Shown here in pieces: positions 51,386-63,351 of a stretch of 64,000 nt of DNA. The stretch's first letter is position 1. Every line of letters starts with the position of its first letter. The notes below the pieces were generated by a model, which was not told the origin of the DNA, searched no databases, and saw only the letters and a list, made by a program, of their open reading frames with translations. Location of the stretch: NCBI RefSeq assembly GCF_003334305.1, contig NZ_QOWS01000013.1. One strand, 5' to 3'. This DNA is from Escherichia coli (GTDB lineage: Bacteria > Pseudomonadota > Gammaproteobacteria > Enterobacterales > Enterobacteriaceae). The translations under genes and the position numbers were made by a program.

Positions 51386-51882
51386 TTCGAGTAGAAATTC
51401 CCATTGATGCGCCGGGTATTGATGCCCTGCTACGTCGCTCATTCGAAAGTGATGCGGAAGCGAAGCTGGTTCACGATCTGCGTGAAGATGGCTTTCTGAC
51501 GCTGGGGCTGGTGGCGACAGATGACGAAGGTCAGGTCATTGGCTATGTGGCATTTAGTCCGGTTGATGTGCAGGGCGAAGACCTGCAATGGGTCGGCATG
51601 GCACCGTTGGCGGTTGATGAAAAATACCGTGGACAGGGGCTGGCACGCCAACTGGTCTATGAAGGACTCGATTCGCTTAATGAGTTCGGCTATGCCGCAG
51701 TGGTGACGCTGGGCGATCCGGCGCTGTACAGTCGTTTCGGCTTTGAACTGGCGGCGCATCACGATCTGCGTTGCCGCTGGCCGGGCACTGAAAGCGCCTT
51801 CCAGGTACATCGTTTAGCGGATGACGCGCTGAATGGCGTTACCGGCCTGGTTGAGTATCACGAGCATTTCAATCGCTTTTAA
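51379..51882 (+). CDS. yhbS: GNAT-family N-acetyltransferase YhbS, 167 aa
   Basis: Acetyl-CoA binding motif ([10 protein letters not shown]) in the translation. Confidence 0.9.
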   Translation: MLIRVEIPIDAPGIDALLRRSFESDAEAKLVHDLREDGFLTLGLVATDDEGQVIGYVAFSPVDVQGEDLQWVGMAPLAVDEKYRGQGLARQLVYEGLDSLNEFGYAAVVTLGDPALYSRFGFELAAHHDLRCRWPGTESAFQVHRLADDALNGVTGLVEYHEHFNRF

Positions 51883-52171
51883 TCTTTGGGGTTTGCAGGC
51901 TGCTCAACAGCTCTGCAAACCCTGCGCCTTCCGCTACCAGACGCTCTTTTTGCCGTTTGGTCAGTTGCTTAACGCGATATTCTGCCCGTAACGCCAGCGA
52001 ACGATCGCCCACTGGCGCAGAAAACGCCAGCGTCAGTTCTCCTTTCCCGCGCAGTGCTTTCGCCCCTTTGCCGCTTTGATGTTGCTGATAGCGGCGTTCG
52101 ACATCCGTGGTGATCCCGGTATAAAGCTTATTGTCGGCGGTACGGATCAAGTAAAGAAACCAGGGTGTCAT
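51869..52171 (-). CDS. yhbQ: GIY-YIG domain protein YhbQ, 100 aa
   Basis: GIY-YIG core ([17 protein letters not shown]); start at the internal Met MTPWFLYLI; 3' end overlaps convergent yhbS by 14 nt. Confidence 0.88.
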   Translation of the reverse strand: MTPWFLYLIRTADNKLYTGITTDVERRYQQHQSGKGAKALRGKGELTLAFSAPVGDRSLALRAEYRVKQLTKRQKERLVAEGAGFAELLSSLQTPKIKSD

Positions 52172-52221
52172 CGTCTGCATCGCATGTTAAGGTCAGGCCC
52201 ACAGTATAAAAGAGAACAGCA

Positions 52222-52644
52222 ATGGAAACACTCACCGCCATCAGCCGTTGGCTGGCAAAACAACATGTTGTCACCTGGTGTGTGCAGCAGGAAGGGGAAC
52301 TCTGGTGCGCTAATGCCTTTTATCTTTTTGATGCGCAGAAAGTCGCCTTCTACATTTTGACGGAAGAAAAAACGCGCCACGCGCAGATGAGCGGGCCGCA
52401 GGCGGCAGTTGCCGGAACGGTAAACGGTCAGCCGAAAACGGTAGCGTTAATTCGCGGTGTGCAGTTTAAAGGTGAGATCCGCAGGCTGGAAGGTGAGGAA
52501 AGCGACCTCGCGCGCAAGGCGTACAATCGTCGCTTTCCGGTTGCCAGAATGCTGTCGGCCCCGGTGTGGGAAATCCGGCTCGATGAAATCAAATTCACCG
52601 ACAACACGCTGGGCTTTGGTAAAAAAATGATTTGGCTACGCGAC

Positions 52645-52665
<21 letters not shown>
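52222..52665 (+). CDS. yhbP: PNPOx-like FMN-binding split-barrel protein YhbP, 147 aa
   Basis: Translation [23 protein letters not shown]. Confidence 0.88.
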
Positions 52666-53926
<1,261 letters not shown>

Positions 53927-53998
53927 TTATTCCCAAGAATTGATAGTGAGCGTAATATTCACGCGCTCAATTATCATAACTTATTCCTGGGGAATGCT

Positions 53999-55039
53999 AT
54001 GACTGGTCAGTCTTCATCTCAGGCGGCAACGCCCATTCAGTGGTGGAAACCCGCGCTTTTCTTTCTCGTTGTCATTGCCGGTCTCTGGTATGTGAAATGG
54101 GAACCTTACTACGGCAAAGCGTTTACTGCTGCCGAAACCCACAGTATCGGTAAATCTATCCTTGCGCAGGCGGATGCTAACCCATGGCAGGCGGCGTTGG
54201 ATTACGCGATGATCTATTTCCTCGCGGTATGGAAAGCGGCGGTGCTGGGGGTGATCCTCGGTTCGTTGATTCAGGTGCTGATCCCGCGTGACTGGTTGTT
54301 GCGTACGCTTGGGCAATCGCGCTTTCGCAGCACGCTGCTGGGAACGCTGTTTTCGCTGCCGGGCATGATGTGTACCTGCTGTGCGGCTCCGGTCGCGGCG
54401 GGAATGCGTCGCCAACAGGTGTCGATGGGCGGTGCGCTGGCATTCTGGATGGGCAATCCGGTGTTAAACCCGGCGACGCTGGTGTTTATGGGGTTTGTCC
54501 TCGGCTGGGGTTTTGCGGCGATTCGTCTGGTGGCCGGGCTGGTGATGGTGTTGCTGATTGCGACGCTGGTGCAAAAATGGGTGCGTGAAACACCGCAAAC
54601 GCAGGCACCGGTCGAAATTGACATACCGGAAGCACAGGGCGGTTTTTTTAGCCGCTGGGGCAGGGCGCTATGGACGCTTTTCTGGAGTACGATCCCGGTT
54701 TACATCCTTGCAGTACTGGTGTTGGGTGCCGCTCGCGTCTGGTTATTCCCCCATGCCGATGGTGCTGTCGATAACAGCCTGATGTGGGTGGTGGCGATGG
54801 CGGTGGCAGGATGCTTGTTTGTCATTCCCACGGCAGCAGAAATTCCGATTGTACAAACGATGATGCTGGCAGGTATGGGAACCGCTCCGGCGCTGGCATT
54901 GTTGATGACGCTCCCGGCAGTGAGTTTGCCGTCACTGATTATGCTGCGCAAAGCGTTCCCGGCGAAAGCCTTATGGCTGACAGGGGCGATGGTGGCAGTG
55001 TCTGGTGTGATTGTCGGCGGGCTGGCGCTGTTGTTCTGA
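53999..55039 (+). CDS. yraQ: Predicted permease YraQ, 346 aa
   Basis: Polytopic membrane protein with CxxC motif (MMCTCCAAP). Confidence 0.88.
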   Translation: MTGQSSSQAATPIQWWKPALFFLVVIAGLWYVKWEPYYGKAFTAAETHSIGKSILAQADANPWQAALDYAMIYFLAVWKAAVLGVILGSLIQVLIPRDWLLRTLGQSRFRSTLLGTLFSLPGMMCTCCAAPVAAGMRRQQVSMGGALAFWMGNPVLNPATLVFMGFVLGWGFAAIRLVAGLVMVLLIATLVQKWVRETPQTQAPVEIDIPEAQGGFFSRWGRALWTLFWSTIPVYILAVLVLGAARVWLFPHADGAVDNSLMWVVAMAVAGCLFVIPTAAEIPIVQTMMLAGMGTAPALALLMTLPAVSLPSLIMLRKAFPAKALWLTGAMVAVSGVIVGGLALLF

Positions 55040-55054
55040 TTTGAGGGAAAACAT

Positions 55055-55140
55055 GTCGGATGCGGCGTAAACGCCTTATCCGATCTACGGTTTGCATCGT
55101 TGTATGCCTGATAAGACGCGGCAAGCGTCGCATCAGGCAT
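55055..55140. repeat. REP/BIME palindromic elements between yraQ and dolP
   Basis: GTCGGATGCGGCGTAAACGCCTTATCCGATCTAC and TGCCTGATAAGACGCGGCAAGCGTCGCATCAGGCA. Confidence 0.6.
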
Positions 55141-55152
55141 TACAAGGGGCTG

Positions 55153-55728
55153 CTATTTAATAAACGTAAACGCTGTGGTTACCCGCTTTACGCCGCTCAC
55201 CCGGCTGGCAATATCTGCCGCCGCTTTCGCTTCACGTTCAGTCACCAGCCCCATCAGGAACACTTCACCGTTTTCGGTGGTCACTTTCACGTTGGACGAT
55301 TTCACCAGGTCGCTGGTTAAGAGCTGCGAACGCACTTTGGTGGTGATCCACGTATCGTTAGATGCTTCGCCCAGACCAATCGGCTGGCCCTGACGAATCT
55401 CGTTATACACTTCGTTGGCACCGTCTACGCCCATAGCAATCTGTTTGGCGCGAGCCGAAAGTTCAGCGTTTGGTGACTGCCCAACCAGCAGCACTTTGCC
55501 CTGATACGCCGTGACATTAATACGGGTTTCTTTCTTAATCTGTTCGTCTTTCGACAATGCGCTGTTCACGCGCACTTCCAGGGTACCATCGTCCACCTGG
55601 GTGCCGACACTGCGTGGGTCAGTTGCGGCTTTGGTACCCACAGCAGCGGTACCCACTACGGCAGCGGCAACACAACCTTGCAACAGCAGCGCGGAAATAA
55701 GGACTGCGATTGGCGATAATGCCTTCAT
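55153..55728 (-). CDS. dolP: Dual BON-domain outer-membrane lipoprotein DolP (YraP), 191 aa
   Basis: Lipobox LLLQGC and two BON domains. Confidence 0.93.
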   Translation of the reverse strand: MKALSPIAVLISALLLQGCVAAAVVGTAAVGTKAATDPRSVGTQVDDGTLEVRVNSALSKDEQIKKETRINVTAYQGKVLLVGQSPNAELSARAKQIAMGVDGANEVYNEIRQGQPIGLGEASNDTWITTKVRSQLLTSDLVKSSNVKVTTENGEVFLMGLVTEREAKAAADIASRVSGVKRVTTAFTFIK

Positions 55729-55737
55729 GTATTCTCC

Positions 55738-56328
55738 TTAATCATCCTGGTGAGGGAAAAGCGTGTTATCGATCAGATCGCACAGGCAATTTACCGTCAG
55801 CATATGCATTTCCTGAATGCGAGCACTACGATGCGAAGGAATGCGGATCTCCACATCCTGTGGCCCTAACAAACCTGCAAGCTCGCCGCCGTCATAGCCG
55901 GTCAATGCCACAATGGTCATATCACGCGTAACGGCGGCTTCAACTGCTTTAACAATATCGCGGCTGTTGCCACGGGTGGAAATGGCTAACAATACATCTC
56001 CCGCATGACCCAGCGCCCGCACCTGTTTTGCATACACTTCATCATGTAAGCGATCGTTGGCAATCGCCGTTAAGACAACATTATCAGTATTTAGTGCAAT
56101 GGCAGGTAAGCTGGGCCGCTCCGTTTCGAAACGGTTGATCATGCTGGCAGCAAAATGCTGTGCATTGGCAGCGGAAGTTCCATTACCACAACAGAGGATT
56201 TTGTTGCCATTGAGCAGAGACTGAACCAGCGTCATGGCTGCACGGGAGATGGCATCCGGAAGCGCCTCTGCCGCCGCAATTTGAGTTTGAATGCTTTCAG
56301 TGAAGCAAGCTTTAATTCTTTCTTGCAC
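55738..56328 (-). CDS. diaA: DnaA initiator-associating protein DiaA, 196 aa
   Basis: SIS domain translation [17 protein letters not shown]. Confidence 0.94.
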
Positions 56329-56347
56329 GCTAATCCTTAAACCTTAA

Positions 56348-56743
56348 TTATGAGTGGTCATTAAAGGCATCCTTAATCCACTCAACCTCATTCCCGGTGA
56401 AGGCTACCACATCGAACCGGCAATCCACAGTATCAAAACTCCCATTATGACGCGCGAGCCACAAGCGGGCAGTCTGTAATAATTTGTGTTGTTTGCTGCG
56501 GGTCACACTGGCTGCCGCGCCGCCATAAAGCGCAGAGCGGCGATAGCGTACCTCGACAAAAACGGTGGTCCGGCCTTCACGCATTATCAGATCGATCTCG
56601 CCGCCACGCTCGTTCACGTTAGCGGCGACAAATCGCAGTCCTTTGCCTTCCAGCCAGCGACGCGCTTGTACTTCCCACGCATCGCCGGTCTGTTTGGTGG
56701 TTAACTGGCGGGGACTACCTGACCTTGTTGGTACTGTAGCCAT
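56348..56743 (-). CDS. yraN: UPF0102 endonuclease-like protein YraN, 131 aa
   Basis: Canonical length and position; start overlaps the lpoA 3' end. Confidence 0.88.
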   Translation of the reverse strand: MATVPTRSGSPRQLTTKQTGDAWEVQARRWLEGKGLRFVAANVNERGGEIDLIMREGRTTVFVEVRYRRSALYGGAAASVTRSKQHKLLQTARLWLARHNGSFDTVDCRFDVVAFTGNEVEWIKDAFNDHS

Positions 56744-58737
56744 GATAACTTCCTGTTAATCACGCAATCCGGGTTTGCCGTCAGGCTTCCGGTATTACCG
56801 TTGATTTCAAAACCCTGAACCTGGCGCATTTGTGAGAAATGATTTGCCAGCGACCAGGCATCGACGCCCATCGCATACATGCGAGCCAGTGAATAATCGT
56901 TATTCACCGCGCTGAGTGCCTGCTGCATTAACGGTAGATTACCGCCTGCCAGCATCGGGATTTCGCTGTACTGCAAGCCTTCCATCTCCAGTCGGAAATC
57001 CGGGCCAGCGGTCCCTTGCGCACTGCGGGAGCTGGCGTACAGCGTTGCACCGCTCTGGCTACCGTTACGCATGGCGATCATCGGTTTGATAAAAGCGATT
57101 TCACCCGGCGTTGCCACAATGTACACCGCATCGACACGACCGCCATTATTGGTGAACTGGTCATCGGTTGGCGTGGTTTGCAGCGTTGGATTGTTGGTCG
57201 TCATGCCGGAGTCGGTTGTCGCTCTGGGAGTAATCGGGCTACCCGTTAAAGCAATACCAGAACCGCCGTTAACACCCGCGCGTAATTCGCTGGTGGAACC
57301 AAATTTTTGTTGCAGAACGGTGCCGCCGCCTAGTTTCTGCCACTCTTGCGCAAACGCATTGGCTACGCGATCGCCCAATGAACTGCGTGGGATCAGCACC
57401 AGCGGCGCTTGTTTACCCTGGTCACGAATATGACGCGCTGCATCGCGCGCTTCGTCTTCCGGTGAAAGCGCGAAGTAACAAATATTGACGCGGTTTTCGA
57501 TATTCTCCGGCTGGTTCAGTGCCAGCACGTTCAGCGGGGTGTTGCTCTTAAGCAACTCTTCAACGTTATTTTTCAGCAACGGACCAACCACAATACTCGC
57601 GCCATCCTGCTGAACCTGGCTTAAGATCTGGCTAAGTGGTTGTGATGAGGTATCGTAGATTTTCAGTTCTGCGGATGGATTCGCTGGCGCGCTTACCGCT
57701 GTGGTGGTTGCTGCCGGGGTGCTTACAGGCGCTGGCTGTGCCGCAGGCTGTTCACCGGTCAGATCGCTAACCGAGGCTTGTGCCGGGCTGGCAACGCCAT
57801 CCGCAGTTTGCGGCTGAGGTTGTTCAGCTACGTCTGCGGCAGGTGCGGCAGCTACCTGAGCCGCCACTGGCTGAGTGCCGATATTTTTCGCCGCTTCAAA
57901 GCCTTGCTGAATAGTGCGACCAAATACCGCTGCCTGGCCATTCAGCGGCAACAGCAGGGCGATTTTGTTGGTCGAGGCTGGTTTAAACGCTTTTACGTTA
58001 ACCAACTGCGTTGGCAGCATTTTCGCGCCCGGATTGTTCGGATAACGTTTTTGCCAGTCGGCGATCCCGGCTTTCATCATGTCGGGATCGTTACGGTTAT
58101 CAAACCAGACGCGCTGCAGATCCAGCCAGCCTTGCAGAATATTTTCGTCGGCGTTGATCACCAGCGTATTCGCCTGTTCCTGAGTCATGGAGGAGAGCGC
58201 CTGCCAGGTGGCATCAATATTCTGCTGTTTTTCTTTCGCGCCGAGCAGCGGTTCCTGAGCAATTAACGCGCGCAGTAAATCAATGGAAGGACGCCCCTGG
58301 CTGGCATCGATTTTTGCCTGCCAGTAACGCGCTTGCTGGTTTTGTTCTAAATCGGCAGGTGTGATTTTCGCCAGCAAGTTTTGCGCGCCAGCAAAATCTT
58401 TCTGCGCCAGTTTAATCTCTACCGCCAGCAGTGTTTTCTCGCGACGCTGAGAATCGTTCAGTTCTTGCGGTAGTTGGTTAAACAACTCAACCGCCTGCCC
58501 GGTTTTACCTTCTTTCACCAGTGCACGAATGGCGAGTAATTGCCAGTTGATCCTGGTATCATCAGAGCTTTGCTGCATCTGCTGAAGATAAAAGGCAGAA
58601 TCAGCCTGCGCCGTGCCCTGCATATAAGCAGTGGACTGATCGGGAGTATGGGTGCCACAACCGGCGAAAATCAGGGCTGCCAGAACAACAGGCAGACAAC
58701 GCGCGGCTTTCAAACGAGAAAATGTTGAGGGTACCAT
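56701..58737 (-). CDS. lpoA: Penicillin-binding protein activator lipoprotein LpoA, 678 aa
   Basis: Lipobox LIFAGCG, N-terminal TPR-like region and C-terminal periplasmic-binding-protein-like domain. Confidence 0.94.
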   Translation of the reverse strand: MVPSTFSRLKAARCLPVVLAALIFAGCGTHTPDQSTAYMQGTAQADSAFYLQQMQQSSDDTRINWQLLAIRALVKEGKTGQAVELFNQLPQELNDSQRREKTLLAVEIKLAQKDFAGAQNLLAKITPADLEQNQQARYWQAKIDASQGRPSIDLLRALIAQEPLLGAKEKQQNIDATWQALSSMTQEQANTLVINADENILQGWLDLQRVWFDNRNDPDMMKAGIADWQKRYPNNPGAKMLPTQLVNVKAFKPASTNKIALLLPLNGQAAVFGRTIQQGFEAAKNIGTQPVAAQVAAAPAADVAEQPQPQTADGVASPAQASVSDLTGEQPAAQPAPVSTPAATTTAVSAPANPSAELKIYDTSSQPLSQILSQVQQDGASIVVGPLLKNNVEELLKSNTPLNVLALNQPENIENRVNICYFALSPEDEARDAARHIRDQGKQAPLVLIPRSSLGDRVANAFAQEWQKLGGGTVLQQKFGSTSELRAGVNGGSGIALTGSPITPRATTDSGMTTNNPTLQTTPTDDQFTNNGGRVDAVYIVATPGEIAFIKPMIAMRNGSQSGATLYASSRSAQGTAGPDFRLEMEGLQYSEIPMLAGGNLPLMQQALSAVNNDYSLARMYAMGVDAWSLANHFSQMRQVQGFEINGNTGSLTANPDCVINRKLSWLQYQQGQVVPAS

Positions 58738-58800
58738 AATGTATCCAGTGATATTTTTTTACGCAATGCTCAATATTAAATCGGCAATACGGACGACACA

Positions 58801-59661
58801 ATGAAACAACACCAATCGGCGGATAATTCTCAGGGCCAGCTTTACATTGTACCGACGCCAATCGGCAATCTGGCGGATATCACCCAGCGTGCGTTAGAGG
58901 TATTACAGGCCGTTGATCTGATTGCCGCCGAGGATACTCGTCACACCGGTTTATTGCTGCAACATTTTGGGATTAATGCCCGGTTGTTTGCGCTGCACGA
59001 CCATAACGAACAACAAAAAGCCGAAACGCTGCTGGCGAAGCTGCAAGAAGGGCAGAACATTGCGCTGGTTTCCGATGCCGGAACGCCGCTAATTAACGAT
59101 CCTGGCTACCATCTGGTGCGTACCTGCCGTGAAGCGGGGATCCGCGTGGTGCCGCTACCCGGGCCGTGTGCTGCTATCACTGCGTTAAGCGCAGCGGGTT
59201 TACCCTCTGACCGTTTCTGTTACGAAGGCTTTTTACCTGCCAAATCAAAAGGCCGCCGTGATGCGCTAAAAGCCATTGAAGCGGAGCCGCGCACGCTGAT
59301 TTTTTATGAATCTACCCACCGTCTGTTAGATAGCCTGGAAGATATCGTTGCGGTATTAGGCGAATCCCGCTACGTGGTTCTGGCGCGTGAGCTGACCAAA
59401 ACCTGGGAAACCATTCACGGCGCGCCCGTTGGCGAGCTGCTGGCGTGGGTAAAGGAAGATGAAAACCGTCGCAAAGGCGAAATGGTGCTGATTGTCGAAG
59501 GTCATAAAGCACAGGAAGAAGACTTACCCGCCGATGCCCTGCGCACGCTGGCGCTGCTACAGGCAGAACTGCCGCTGAAAAAAGCGGCGGCGCTGGCCGC
59601 AGAAATTCACGGCGTGAAGAAAAATGCGCTGTATAAGTATGCGCTGGAGCAGCAGGGGTAA
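58801..59661 (+). CDS. rsmI: 16S rRNA C1402 2'-O-methyltransferase RsmI (YraL), 286 aa
   Basis: Tetrapyrrole-methylase-like fold with N-terminal [15 protein letters not shown]. Confidence 0.94.
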
Positions 59662-59703
59662 CAGTGCCGAAGCGTTGCGTTAATCAAAACGCAACGTCTT
59701 CTT

Positions 59704-60795
59704 TTACCGCACGATGACGGTAATGGTGGCTGTGCCCTGAAATTTTCCTGTTTCCAGCTCACCACCGACCAGATTAACTGGCCAGGCGCGCATATTGACG
59801 GTGCCATGCCCGGAAGGATCAACGGGAAGGATACCGTTCTGAAAAGGAATATTTGCAACTCCGCCGCCGAGATTTTCAATACGAATACCGACATCGGGCA
59901 CATTGTCTGAACTTCTTCGCCTGGCGACCAGGTTGTACTGGTCTACTACCCCAGTTGTACCGTCGATGCGCATTTGCAACGAGTTTTTAATCTTTGAAGT
60001 ATCACCACAGTCATAAGTGATATCAAAGTCTACTGGAGTAAAACCGTCTGGCATGGCATTGCGGGTGGTAAACTTCTGACCATTGATGAATCCAAAATTA
60101 ACCTTAATAACATCGCCCTGATTAATTTTGCACGACTGTGGGGCGGTGAGATTTCCCTGAATCGATAACTTGACTAAATCATGGAAGTCACCTGTAGACG
60201 GGCTTCCCATTCCATCGACCCACGCGCCTTTAATGACGGCAATATCCGTTTTCGGAATGGTCATCGAGCCGAGAAATGGCTTGGTGACATACAGGGTAAA
60301 GGTGGTGTTCGCACCAATATTAACGGGTCCATAACGAGACGTATCACCCTGGCAAACACCCGTTTGGGTTGCAGCAGAATATACCGTGTTGTTTTTTATC
60401 TGTGTGAATCGGGTGTTAACAGAGACAACCTGGTCGGTTGTGAGTCCTGGAATGTCGTTTGCCTGTAATGTGGTTTTAATATCCAGGCTGTCATTGAGTT
60501 TGTAATATCCTGTCTGATGTCCAGTGGTGGTAAGTACGGGGCTGACCATATAGACAAGTTTAACTGCCTTACCCGCAGAGCAGGAACAGGCGTATTGCCA
60601 GTTAGTGCTACTTAGCGTTGCAGAGGTAAACTCCCGTCCTGTCACGTTATCTGTCTGGTTCACCGTAACATCATCAACCACACTGCTGTAATTTGTCGCA
60701 CCGCTAGTGCTGTCAGCGCCACACCCTCCTGAGGAGGCATAAGCGCAGGATGTGGATATCAACAAAAGTCCTGTTATAAGAGGCGCTCTTTTCAT
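59704..60795 (-). CDS. yraK: Putative fimbrial adhesin-like subunit YraK, 363 aa
   Basis: Start at the internal Met MKRAPLITGLLLISTSCAYA (signal peptide); the ORF track extends 86 codons upstream into yraJ. Confidence 0.85.
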   Translation of the reverse strand: MKRAPLITGLLLISTSCAYASSGGCGADSTSGATNYSSVVDDVTVNQTDNVTGREFTSATLSSTNWQYACSCSAGKAVKLVYMVSPVLTTTGHQTGYYKLNDSLDIKTTLQANDIPGLTTDQVVSVNTRFTQIKNNTVYSAATQTGVCQGDTSRYGPVNIGANTTFTLYVTKPFLGSMTIPKTDIAVIKGAWVDGMGSPSTGDFHDLVKLSIQGNLTAPQSCKINQGDVIKVNFGFINGQKFTTRNAMPDGFTPVDFDITYDCGDTSKIKNSLQMRIDGTTGVVDQYNLVARRRSSDNVPDVGIRIENLGGGVANIPFQNGILPVDPSGHGTVNMRAWPVNLVGGELETGKFQGTATITVIVR

Positions 60796-60805
60796 TTTTT
60801 TATCC

Positions 60806-63322
60806 TTAATGGCACTGCGCCGTGCCTTGTAATACAGAGGTTGTTGGTTCTGAATCCGGTGTACTAAAAGCAAACTGACATTGTTGATCTGCCTGATTTC
60901 CCCAGCGTACAGTCCAGCTTTGTGATTTACTCGATATCCCAGAGAGATATAGTATGCCGCCCTCATCGACGATACTTTGTTGCCCCGTCTCATCGTTGCT
61001 GGCAAGAGCGCCAAAGGGCAACGGTTTACCGTTGCGATCGCTGACTGTAACAAGTACGCGATAACCGATATTGGCGTTGAAACGCGCCGCTACCATTGCA
61101 CCTCTGTTGGGCACCACAAACTGTGTTGTTTGTTCAAGATCGACGTTATCGGGCAGCTGCGTAGTATCTACCGAGAGACGGTTTTCCTGGTAAGTCGTGA
61201 GATAAGGAACCACTGCATAGCCAAAGGGATCAGTAGCAATCCCCGGATAGTTTTGTATCCTCACGCCAGAAGCCCCATTAGCATCGATAAGCGCAAAAGC
61301 GTTGCCCAGATATTGCGAGAGCGTCACGCCATGAGGATGGATAACCACGCCGCCGGTAACGCCGTAATTGTATTGGCTGCTGTCATTACCGTAGCTGTAT
61401 CCGGCACTGAAGGTGCCATAAGGTGAACGGTAACTGGCGTTCAGGCTACTGTTATGGTTGTTATCGTCATCCAGACTTTGTTCCAGGCTATAGCTCAGGC
61501 GACCATCATCCAGCAGTGAGCCATCAAGACGCATTTCATGTTGGGTTGGGCGATCTTTCTGGCTGGTCATCTGATAGGAAACCCGGCTACGCGGTAACCA
61601 GCGTTCTAACGGAATACTGAGATTCAAAGAGAGTGCACGGTCATTATTTTCATCAGTGTAGCGGCTGTATTGATAATTCAGGCTGTAACCAATTCCCCAT
61701 TGCTGGCCGGAAACCCCAACAGAGATATTCCTGTTTTTCTCGTTATTGCCCCAATAGTCTTGCTGCGAACCGGAGGCATACAGACTTACCCCATCAAATA
61801 TTGTCTGGCTGATGTTGAATTGAATTTCACTTTTTTGGCGACTGTTATAGTCCCAATTGCGGGTATTGGCTTCATCAAAACTAAAATAGCCATCGTTGGT
61901 ATAGCGATAGTAGCTAACAGCGATATTGGTGTTGGTTTCCGGGATATCTTTGATGTACTGCGTACGCCATTGATAGCCATGAAAAGAGTGCTGGTTATCG
62001 AATTGGGTGTCAGCTCTGTTGATATCCATCGACAACGCGCCCAGTGCGCCAAGTGTGCCGCCGATACCGATCCCCAGCGCATAATAATCTTCAGAACCGA
62101 GCAGGCCGCCATACAGCGTAAAAGTATTATTCAAACCATATATTGCCGTGGCTTCAGCAAATTCTGGTTCCTTGCTATCACTGTTTGCATCAGCGCGATA
62201 GCGTCCAGCGGTCGCGCTATATTTTAGATGCCCAGGTCGCTGCATCATGGGTAATGAAGAATAAGGCTGGATAAAGCGACGTTGTGTACCGTCACTTTCT
62301 TCAATCGTGACTTCTAAATCGCCGCTGTTGGAAGAGGGGTAGAGATCGTTAATTTCAAAGGCACCCGCTGGCACGTTGCTTTGATAGATCACATAACCAT
62401 TTTGCCTGATAGTCACGATTGCACTACTGTTTGCGATACCGCGTACCGTTGGGGCAAATCCGCGCTGGCTGTTTGGCAACATATTATCGTCGGAAGCGAG
62501 TTGCACGCCAGTAAAGGTGTAGCTGGAAAAAATACTGCCGCTGGTGGCGCTTTCTCCCAGAAGCAACTGAGACTTCAACGCCTTGATATCACGTTGTAAA
62601 TAACTACTGATAGTGTTCCAGCTTGACGCCTGATCGTTGCGTGTCCACGTAGAATAGTTACGTAATCGCCAGGGGCCAAAATTAGCACCATTTTGCATAT
62701 TCAGGTACTGTCGTTGGCTACGATTGCCCTGGCGGTAACGGTTATCAGAACCTGTAAACGAGTAGTTGGTAAACAGCGTTGGTATACCATCGTCCCAACG
62801 AGAAGGGGAGACGTAACCTCTTGCATCACGGTACAGTGCAATTTGGGGAATGCTCAAATTAAGTCGCTGATGATTGAAATCAAATTCAGCAGCTGTACCG
62901 GGAATGATTTGTTCAAGCGAGTTGATCACGCTATCGTCATCTTTTTCAGCCAGCGCCGGGATTTCATCCACCTTAATACCCAGCTCACGTAGTTGTTCTA
63001 CCGTAAACTGTGGCTGCAGAAGTTGCTCTGCATTGGCGGTAAATGTAATTTTTTTCTGTGAAACCTTCTTTTTATTCAGCCAGATATCAACCTGATAAGT
63101 TCCTGGTAGTTGTGCGTATTTTTTTGAAAAACGTGACAGATCAGTTGTTTGCATACCACTTTTTGTAGTTTCCAGCATAATGGGGTCGAAATAATACTCT
63201 TCGGCGTTAGCGGTAGTGCAAAGCATGCCGCTGCCAGTGAGCACCATCGGCAAACAGCGTTTGATGATGAGCGCCAACTGTTTCGGTGTGCGTTTATGTC
63301 CCTGGTGGTGTCGTTGTGGCAT
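60806..63322 (-). CDS. yraJ: Outer-membrane fimbrial usher YraJ, 838 aa
   Basis: FimD/PapC-like usher length and translation; sits between the chaperone and adhesin genes. Confidence 0.93.
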   Translation of the reverse strand: MPQRHHQGHKRTPKQLALIIKRCLPMVLTGSGMLCTTANAEEYYFDPIMLETTKSGMQTTDLSRFSKKYAQLPGTYQVDIWLNKKKVSQKKITFTANAEQLLQPQFTVEQLRELGIKVDEIPALAEKDDDSVINSLEQIIPGTAAEFDFNHQRLNLSIPQIALYRDARGYVSPSRWDDGIPTLFTNYSFTGSDNRYRQGNRSQRQYLNMQNGANFGPWRLRNYSTWTRNDQASSWNTISSYLQRDIKALKSQLLLGESATSGSIFSSYTFTGVQLASDDNMLPNSQRGFAPTVRGIANSSAIVTIRQNGYVIYQSNVPAGAFEINDLYPSSNSGDLEVTIEESDGTQRRFIQPYSSLPMMQRPGHLKYSATAGRYRADANSDSKEPEFAEATAIYGLNNTFTLYGGLLGSEDYYALGIGIGGTLGALGALSMDINRADTQFDNQHSFHGYQWRTQYIKDIPETNTNIAVSYYRYTNDGYFSFDEANTRNWDYNSRQKSEIQFNISQTIFDGVSLYASGSQQDYWGNNEKNRNISVGVSGQQWGIGYSLNYQYSRYTDENNDRALSLNLSIPLERWLPRSRVSYQMTSQKDRPTQHEMRLDGSLLDDGRLSYSLEQSLDDDNNHNSSLNASYRSPYGTFSAGYSYGNDSSQYNYGVTGGVVIHPHGVTLSQYLGNAFALIDANGASGVRIQNYPGIATDPFGYAVVPYLTTYQENRLSVDTTQLPDNVDLEQTTQFVVPNRGAMVAARFNANIGYRVLVTVSDRNGKPLPFGALASNDETGQQSIVDEGGILYLSGISSKSQSWTVRWGNQADQQCQFAFSTPDSEPTTSVLQGTAQCH

Positions 63323-63351
63323 TCCCTGATGACCTGTGTTTTTTATATTTG

